The translations under genes were made by a program, and so were the position numbers. From NCBI GenBank assembly GCA_964016885.1, contig OZ024742.1:300886001-300950000 (forward strand): a stretch of DNA of 64,000 nucleotides, written 5' to 3'. The notes under the pieces are model-generated. The model was not told the origin of the DNA. It worked only from the letters and a program-made list of their open reading frames with translations, and made no database searches. Numbering within the stretch: the stretch's first letter is position 1; each line of letters starts with the position of its first letter. The stretch is from Eledone cirrhosa (taxonomy: Eukaryota). Positions 55,013-64,000 of this stretch are shown in pieces.

Positions 55013-58000
55013 CATACACATACATATACATACATACACACACACATATATACACACACATACATTAATAACAATAATAATAATAACAACAATAATAATA
55101 ACGACAACAACAATAATAATATACATATACATATATGCATACACATACACGCACACACATAAACATATCTATACACACACACACGATAGCAACTAACAGC
55201 GCTGCGATCGAATGTGGCTTTATAGCCCAGCCAATGATCTAAAATGTCTTGCACAGAGTCGGCAACCAAAACATTCACTGGGAATAGTCGGCTGTGGTTG
55301 GAGTTCGTGTACTTTTGCATGTCGCTTGAGCCCTCCTGCTGATTTACATTCTCTACCACATGTTTGGCAAGCATGATGAGTAGCATCTCCAACAGCAGCC
55401 TGGTAGTCAACCACTGGTCTTACTTTATGACTGCGAAGATGACTTTCGAGTCCAGCTTTGCTTAGGGAGAGTCTCGCACAGACGCTGCATGTCATCACCA
55501 TAGGAGAACCCTCGCCGTCTGGAAGTGCAACAGCAATGCCCTTCCTCACATCCCGCTTTACTTTCTCGTATGCGATTCGACATGCCTCAAAGGCAACTTT
55601 TCCCTCATATACAGTCTTTCTCCATTTATTACGATCAGCAACAATATTTCCCATGTATCAGCAGAGATGTTAGCGTCTTTCAGAGAGGCTTTCAAGGAAT
55701 CCTTATACCTCTTTTTTGGTTTATGTGGCGGTCGTTTTCCTTTAACCAACTCTCCATAAAAGAGTTGTTTTGGTATTCTAGACTCCTTCATCCTGGCAAG
55801 GTGACCACTCCAACGGAGTCGTTGCTTAAGCACAAGAGCTTCTATACTGTCACACATAGAGCTTTCCAAAATCTCGACATCACTGATGTGGTCCCTCCAG
55901 TGAACGCCATGGATCCGTCTGAGACACATCTGATGGAAACGCTCCAATTGCTTAAGGTGGTGTCGATATGTGACCCAAGTCTCGCAGGCATAAAGAAGAC
56001 AAGCGAGCACACATGCCCTGTACACCTTTACCTTTGTCCTCCTGCATATGTCTCGCCGACCCCAGAGTCGCCTTTCTAGCTTTCCGAAAGCATCACTTGC
56101 TTTCCTAATCCTAAGTGAGATTTCACTGTCAAGGTTGCTGTATCGATTGACAGTGCTTCCCAGGTAGACAAACTGATCAACCACTCCAAGTCGTTTACCA
56201 TACACATAGATATTTGGTTCAGTGTACTGCTTACCAGGGGCAGGTTGGTACATGACGACGGTTTTCTTGAGACTGACAGTCAATCCTAGGGCAGTGCAAG
56301 CGTCAGAAAATGCATTCAAAATGTGCTGCATATCACTCTCTGTGTGCGCTACAAGATCGCAATCATCTGCATACAAGAGGTCTCTTATGATTGATGTAAA
56401 TACTTTTGTCTTTGCAGCAAAGCGCCTGATGTTAAATATGCTGCCTGAGGTTCGATATCGGATGTAAACACCATGCTCGCAATTCCTGAATGCAATACAG
56501 AAAACCATTGCAAAGTATATGGCAAACAGGGTCGGTGCTGGAATATCCCCCTGTTTCACTCCATTTTTTACTGAGATAGGCTCCGACATGTTATCTCCGA
56601 CATTAACCCAAGCCTTCATGTCGTCATGGAAAGACCTAACTAAAGCAAGGAACTTATCAGGGCAACCAAGTTTCTGGAGAACCTTCCAAAATGCATCTCT
56701 GTTAACAGTATCGAAAGCTTTTGTCAGATCGACAAAAACCTGATACAGATCCAAGCCTTGTTCTATGCACTTCTCCTGGAGCTGTCTAGCTGAGAAGATC
56801 ATATCAGTAGTGCCGCGTCCAGCACGAAAACCAGATTGACTTTCAGGAAGAACACAATCTGCAATGTGTGTCAGCAGACGGTCCAGAAGCACCCTACATA
56901 AAACTTTCCCTACGAGAGAAAGCAATGATATACCTCTGTAGTTCCCACAATCATTCCTGTTACCCTTTCCCTTGTACAAGACCACCATTACTGCATCTCT
57001 CCAGTCCTCAGGTACGGATTCATTAGCCCATATCCTGCCAAACAAAGAATGAAGATGTTGCAGGAGTCTCTCACCACCATCTTGTAGGAGCTCAGCATGT
57101 ATGCCATCCATACCTGGAGATCTTTACTGTTCAGCTTCGAAATAGCCACTGCAACCTCCACAAGCGTCGGAGGTTCGGCGAGAGCTACTTTCACAGGACT
57201 TTCTGGAAAGAGATTGAGGAAATCTTCACTGACGACAGACGGCTGATTCAAAAGATCATCAAAGTGCTCTCGCCACCTTCGTAGAATTCCTTGTGAGTCA
57301 CGAAGAAGTTCTTTGCCATCCTTGCTGCGAAGCGGTGTCACCAGAGAAGAAGACGGTCCATAAACCTCACGCAAGAGACTGTACAACAGCTTTGTGTTAT
57401 TGGAATCTGACGCAGTTTGTATCTCATCAGCCTTCTCACTCCACCACTGATCCTTCATCTGAGAAAGACTCCGCCTAACACATGATTTTACATCCTTGAG
57501 TTCCGCATGCAACTATTCCTCTCCTGTGGTTTTGCCGTCAAGTAGCGTGACAGAGCACACCTCTTATCAGCCAACAAGTCTTCTATATGTACATCATTCT
57601 CATTAAACCAGTCCTGATGTTTTCTCTGCACCAATCCCAGAACACGCCTGCCTACATCATAAACCGACTTTTTAAGGGTCGGCCAATCCTCACCAAGATC
57701 TGCAGCCTGCATCTCTTCTTCCAATGTCCTCTTCACATTTTTATCCTTAAGACGAGCAGCATTCAATCTTTTGGGCAGGGCAACACCAGGAGCCCGGTTT
57801 TTACGTTTAGTGATTAGTTTCACTTTTGCGCGTACCAGGCGGTGGTCCGTCCAGCACTAAGCTCCACGAAGAGCACGAACACACTGCACATCCTGTCTGT
57901 CACGCACCCTGACTAAGACGTAGTCCAAAAGATGCCATTCCTTAGATGCAGGATGCATCCATGTGGTCTTGAATTTGTTCTTTTGTTGGAACATGGTGTT

Positions 58001-59106
58001 GGTAACACACAGATCCAGCTCCTCACACATCTGCAGCAGGAGCATACCATTGTTGTTACACTTTCCCACCCCATGCCTTCCGATTACATTCCATGTGTTA
58101 AAATCTCTACCCACTCTAGCATTAAAGTCACCAAGCACGATGACTTTGTCTGCCTGAGGGATGTTTCTTAAAACACCTTTCAAGGCATGGTAAAAGGACA
58201 CTTTTTCTTCATCGACAGAATTCATAGTTGGAGCATACACACTCACCAGGGTAGCATATCTTCCTCTGTCCAGCGGAACTCTCATGGACATAAGACGCTC
58301 ACTAATCCCTACTGGGAATTCTTCTAATTTATTCACAAGTACAGTCTTAACAGCAAATCCTACCCCAGCCTCTTTTCTGGTTCCTTCATCTCTTCCTTTC
58401 CAGAAGAATATATATTTTCCACAAAATTCTGTAAGATGACCATCTCCAGCTAACCTCGTCTCAGATAAAGCCACGATGTCAAGATCGTAACGTCGAAGCT
58501 CCTTTGCAACAAGAGCGGTCCTTCGTTCAGGACGCTCCAAGGAATCCCTGTCAAGCAGCGTCCGTACGTTCCAGCGTCTAAGACTAAATGCCTTGTTTGG
58601 CTCTATTACAATGGCACGATGACGAGCGGGCCCAGGCTGTGATAACCTGGGACCCCTGCCCTTATTGCCAATTATCTTTTTTGTTCCAGAACCTAAATTG
58701 CCAATTATCTCTTTTATATTGTTCTGGAATATCATTGAATTGGGAAAAAAAAAAAAAAAAAAAAAAAAAGTAATAATAATAGTAACAATAATAATAATAA
58801 TAATACACTATTAATAATTATTAATGCACTCGCGCAATGCCTGTGCGTGACGAATATTTTTAAAGTGAGGAAAGACTGTGCACTGAGCCAATCCCACTCT
58901 CTGAGCGACAGTAGCTCTAACCCGAAAAGAAGAAAAGATCAACATCATCGGTAACTACTGAGCGGCAGGTTTTATATCGGAGTTAACCCAGTTTCTTGAG
59001 ATGCCTTCTCCTAGAAGAATGCCCTGACAAGGGCTAGGGGTTCTTCACTCCCAGTGGTTTAACTGCGCGATCGGGCATCCAGCCCGATTATTTCTGTCTC
59101 CGCGCA
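54851..59106 (-). mobile_element. Near-full-length RTE LINE (AP endonuclease + RT + three C2H2 fingers), inactivated
   Basis: EN motifs WNVRTL, ALSETR, YAPT, GDFNARVG, LDYV. RT motifs NYRGISLLS, QSGFR, FVDLTKAFD, GVKQG, YADD, YLGS. Stops at 57857 and 55220; frameshifts near 57500, 57115 and 55650. UTR ends match element B. Confidence 0.92.
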
Positions 59107-59253
59107 AAAAAAACAAAAAAAAAACTCACTTATTGACACTTATACGTACGACATACACACACGCGCATACATATGCGCGCACACACACGCATACATACGC
59201 GCGCACACAGCAACACTCATACATACAAACAAACACACACACGCTACTCACTT

Positions 59254-59315
<62 letters not shown>

Positions 59316-59501
59316 TACCGTCATTACTGATACAAGATTACAAGATTATGTCAACTGTTGACTTTCAAGAGTTTGTATAGTTGAAGCCGTTCGTATTACA
59401 GTCCAGTATTATTATAATTGCTTTACAGCATACATACATACATACATGCATACATACATACATACATACATACATACATACATACATACATACATACATA
59501 C

Positions 59502-59532
<31 letters not shown>

Positions 59533-59586
59533 CATACATACATACATACATACATACATACATACATACATACATACATACATACA

Positions 59587-59971
59587 TTATTGGGGCACTG
59601 GGATATGTTAGATACTGCCTCAATACACATCTTGAGAAGCTAGGCTTCACAGGAACAGAAAGAACACAACTAGTTAGGAAACTACAAGTACAATCCATTA
59701 ATGGAACAGTAAAAATATGAAAAACATTCCAAAAATGTTGCATCTAATAACTGCATATACACATGTACAGATACAAAGCATATACACATGCACACATACA
59801 ACTCAAAACATCCACATCCACACATACAATAACATCCATATCTACACATGCATGCATACATATCTACCTAGTTGATGTTGTGTAAATTCCAATGAGAGAG
59901 TCTTGTGTCCATGTTAGAAACCGACTCTCTCTCTATTGGTAAAACTTTGTGAAATTATAAAACCAGAAAAA
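59587..59971 (+). mobile_element. R4/Dong family 1, short 3' fragment
   Basis: Near-identical to 61683-62067; (CATA)n on both sides. Confidence 0.85.
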
Positions 59972-60053
59972 CATACATACATACATGCATACATACATAC
60001 ATACATACATACATACATACATACATACATACATACATACATACATACATACA

Positions 60054-60660
60054 TGGTGGCTGCCAACTCGTTTTCGAGTACGGCCACTACTTTATATCCA
60101 TGTAGGAGAACCCCTACCGATGCGCTGAACGAGTGTGACTTTTTAGTCCAGCCAGCGACTTGAAAACTCTGGTACAAACACTACACTTGTGACAATTATT
60201 GACACATAGTGCTGGGCTCATGGTACCATGTGACGACAAGTGCAGAGAGATCTCCAAATATAAAGCAATGCCTGTGCCGTGAAGCTTTTATAGTGAGCAA
60301 AGGCACTGCACAAAGCCAGTCCCACTCTCTTAACCAAGATGATATGTACCAAAAAGAAGAACAAGTCAACATCATTGGATACCATCAGGGTTGCAGGTGT
60401 TACATCAGAGTTTTCCTTCTCCTAGAATTCTGCCTTGACAAAGGCTAAGGGGTCATCTCTCCCGAGATTTTGGATGGCCATTGACTCTTAAGAGCTCTTT
60501 TGCCCTTTGACAGGTTTTGTTTTTAGTCCTGCAGGATGTCCAAAGTCACCCTCCTCACCAAGAAACCTTGGTGGGGTTGCCAGTTTAGTCGCCAACAACC
60601 CGACCATGAGACAGATTGTACTGGGATACATGTTACCAGTAGCACCAACTGGTGACCTGA
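60054..60660 (-). mobile_element. Element A copy
   Basis: Colinear with 714-1321. Confidence 0.85.
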
Positions 60661-60750
60661 CCATAATACATACATACATACATACATACATACATACATA
60701 CATACATACATACATACATACATACATACATACATACATACATACATACA

Positions 60751-61058
60751 TGGTGGCTGCCAATTCGTTTTCGAGTACGGCCACTACTTTATATCCATGT
60801 AGGAGAACCCCTACCGATGCGCTAAACAAGTGTGACTTTTTAGTCCAGCCACCGACTTGAAAACACTGGTACAAACACGACACCTGTGACAATTATTGAC
60901 ACATAGTGCTGGGCCCATGGTACCATGTGACGACAAGTGCAGAGAGATCTCCAAATATAAAGCAATGCCTGTGCCGTGAAGCTTTTATAGTGAGCAAAGG
61001 CACTGCACAAAGCCAGTCCCTCTCTCTTAACCAAGATGATATTTACCAAAAAGAAGAA
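60751..61058 (-). mobile_element. Element A, 5'-truncated
   Basis: 3' half only; (CATA)n on both sides. Confidence 0.85.
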
Positions 61059-61139
61059 CATACATACATACATACATACATACATACATACATACATACA
61101 TACATACATACATACATACATACATACATACATACATAC

Positions 61140-62067
61140 CCACTTTGAAGGATACGATTTTGCAATCCAAGAACAGGAGATTATCACGAAATACCTGATT
61201 CACAAAAGAGATAGGGATGCAGGCAAAACACCTAGATGTGATAACAAGTGCAGACTCTGCAGAACTAACATCGAGGATATCACCCATGTCATCAGCAGCT
61301 TCCCAAAGATGTCATCGCGGTACTATTTACCTATGAGGCATGATGTAGTGGCCAAAACACTGTACAATGCAGTTCGTAAAAAAGATAGCCCCGATAAATA
61401 AACACATTAAAGGCTACAACAATGTGGAAGACATCCATGTACATAATATGAAAGAGTACTGGTGGAATGTTCCAGTAAAAACCCCAATAAAATGCAGGCA
61501 TAACAGACCAGATATTATGATATGGGACAGGGAGAAGAAAACATGCACAGTAGTGGAAATTAGCTGCCCAGCAGATGCCAATATAATATCAAAGATTAGT
61601 GAAAAGGAGAATATTTATGCAGAACTGATGAGAAATCTGCAGATACTCCACCCTGATTACACCTTCAGATTTATGCCTGTGATTATTGGGGCACTGGGAT
61701 ATGTTAGTAACTGCCTCAATACAAATCTTGAGAAGCTAGGCTTCACGGGAACAGAAAGAACACAACTAGTTAGGAAACTACAAGTACAATCCATTAATGG
61801 AACAGTAAAAATATGTAAAACATTCCAAAAATGTTGCATCTAATAACTGCATATACACATGTACAGATACAAAGCATATACACATGCACACATACAACTC
61901 AAAACATACACATCCACACATACAATAACATCCATATCTACACATGCATACATACATATCTACCTAGTTGATGTTGTGTAAATTCCAATGAGAGAGTCTT
62001 GTGTCTATGTTAGAAACCGACTCTCTCTCTATTGGTAAAACTTTGTGAAATTATAAAACCATAAGAA
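61140..62067 (+). mobile_element. R4/Dong-clade LINE, 5'-truncated (CCHC finger + restriction-like endonuclease)
   Basis: AIQEQ, CRLC..EDITHVISS(F), RHD, HNRPDIMIWD...VEISCP...EKENIY, PVIIGALG. Frameshift near 61400. (CATA)n flanks. Confidence 0.88.
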
Positions 62068-62395
62068 CATACATACAAAGAAGACCAGATTTAATTAAGT
62101 ACTCAATACATGCGAATCGGCAGCGTTAGTATAATTTATTGGAATCGCCTTTTGGCGCACCCGTAATCTCCGCTACCTTATTGTGAATAGTTCTTCCCTT
62201 CCTCCTCTAGGTCCCCCACCCCTTAGGTCTCGTCCCTGCACTCACGCCCGCTATAAAATGTCTGTTTATTCATAACCAACCTACCCATCCTCACAGGTAC
62301 GAACCAGTCTTTTTACATCCGTCTTCCATTTATATGTACCTCCACCAATGTTGGCTATGCCCTCTCCTGTTCTTCTTTACCGGTTTATATACATC

Positions 62396-63511
62396 GAGGG
62401 ATATGAGACATGAGACACCTGACATATGAGACACCTGAGACACCTGAGACATCTGAGACACCTGAGACACCTGAGACACCTGAGACATCTGAGACACCTG
62501 AGACACCTGAGGGATATGAGGGATATGAGACATGAGACATCTGAGACACCTGAGGGATATGAGACATGAGACATCTGAGACACCTGAGACACCTGAGGGA
62601 TATGAGCCATGACACACCTGAGACATCTGAAACACCTGAGACACCTGAGGGATATGAGGGATATGAGACATGAGACACCTGAGACACCTGAGGGATATGA
62701 GGGATATGAGACATGAGACACCTGAGACACCTGAGGGATATGAGGGATATGAGACATGAGACACCTGAGACACCTGAGGGATATGAGGGATATGAGACAT
62801 GAGACACCTGAGACACCTGAGGGATATGAGACATGAAACACCTGAGACACCTGAGACACCTGAGACACCTGAGGGATATGAGGGATATGAGACATGAGAC
62901 ACCTGAGACACCTAAGACACCTGAGGGATATGAGACATGAGACACCTGAGACACCTCAGACACCTGAGACACCTGGGGGATATGGGGGATATGAGACATG
63001 AGACACCTGAGACACCTAAGACACCTGAGGGATATGAGACATGAGACACCTGAGACATCTGAGACACCTGAGACACCTGAGGGATATGAGGGATATGAGA
63101 CATGAGACGCCTGAGACACCTGAGGAATATGAGATATGAGACATGAGACATGAGACACCTGAGACACCTGAGGGATATGAGGGATATGAGACATGAGACG
63201 CCTGAGACACCTGAGGGATATGAGATATGAGACACCTGAGACACCTGAGGGATATGAGACATGAGACACATGAGACACCTGAGACACCTGAGACACCTGA
63301 GACACCTGAGACACATGAGACACCTGAGACACCTGAGACACATGAGACACCTGAGACACCTGAGACACCTGAGACACATGAGACACCTGAGACACATGAG
63401 ACACATGAGACACCTGAGACACCTGAGGGATGTGAGACATGAGACGCCTGAGACACCTGAGGGATATGAGGGATATGAGACACCTGAGACACCGGAGGGA
63501 TGTGAGACGCC
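62396..63511. repeat. Compound minisatellite of 7/9-bp words
   Basis: Words GAGACACCT, GAGGGATAT, GAGACAT, GAGACATCT and GAGACACAT, with local higher-order units. Confidence 0.92.
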
Positions 63512-63613
63512 TCCGTTGCCCATCAATTCCGTTCCCCTAATCCAACACTTCTCTGTTTCAGGTATCATTCTATTTAATGGATCCCTACCCATTCGCTCCA
63601 GGATCCTGTAGAA

Positions 63614-63806
63614 CAGGCATGTCAAACTGAGGGTCCCCTGAGAGTCATATGTGTCGCATATGTGTTGTCTGAGGGCCACACACGACAACTAATTGCACAC
63701 ATTACAACTATTTTTATTTATTCGAAGATAAAACATGTTCGCGCTGTAAAAACGTTTGTGCGGGCCGCAAGTGTGCTTGTAAAGGGCCGCACATTTGACA
63801 TGCCTG
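63614..63806. mobile_element. hAT (Charlie-like) MITE
   Basis: TIR CAGGCATGTCAAA / TTTGACATGCCTG; TSD ctgtagaa/ccgtagaa. Confidence 0.85.
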
Positions 63807-63896
63807 CCGTAGAACGTAATTTTCCACATTGGAACTACCTTCTCAAATTACCTCAACGCACCTCCCTCACTGTTGCTATAACCTCTATTTATCATT

Positions 63897-63952
<56 letters not shown>

Positions 63953-64000
63953 CCCAGCCTACCACACCAATGCACACAGTCACTCACACAACGCTCGTAT

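Noticed and set aside
62330-63688. Long repetitive ORFs (SQV/SGV/LRC) as a structural protein
   Set aside because: All three - frames are open because of repeat composition. No splice or domain evidence, and the longest frame runs through a MITE.

Overview
Repeat-saturated, AT-rich eukaryotic DNA with no recognisable host gene. The SINE and microsatellite content suggests an invertebrate, probably an octopus (inference). Almost all ORFs in the track are microsatellite artefacts. Real coding remnants come from mobile elements: one near-full-length RTE LINE (54851-59106, -), several Penelope-like elements (RT + GIY-YIG) with hammerhead ribozymes, Tx1-clade LINE 3' ends clustered in (TATC)n, R4/Dong-clade 3' ends in (CATA)n, and CRE, Helitron and Tc1 fragments. 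There are also many tRNA-SINEs and hAT-type MITEs. The most notable observation is a pair of short repeated elements (here called A and B) built from RTE 5' and 3' ends. In A, B and the long RTE, a covarying 11-14 bp helix (G-U wobbles on the sense strand) pairs the 5'UTR with the 3'UTR and encloses about 160 nt, 30 nt or 3.9 kb. Their (TATG)n tails form arrays that collect further copies and R4/Dong elements. Several Penelope-derived palindromes appear to pivot on hammerhead stem II. Coordinates were read by eye, and the ends of degraded elements are approximate.
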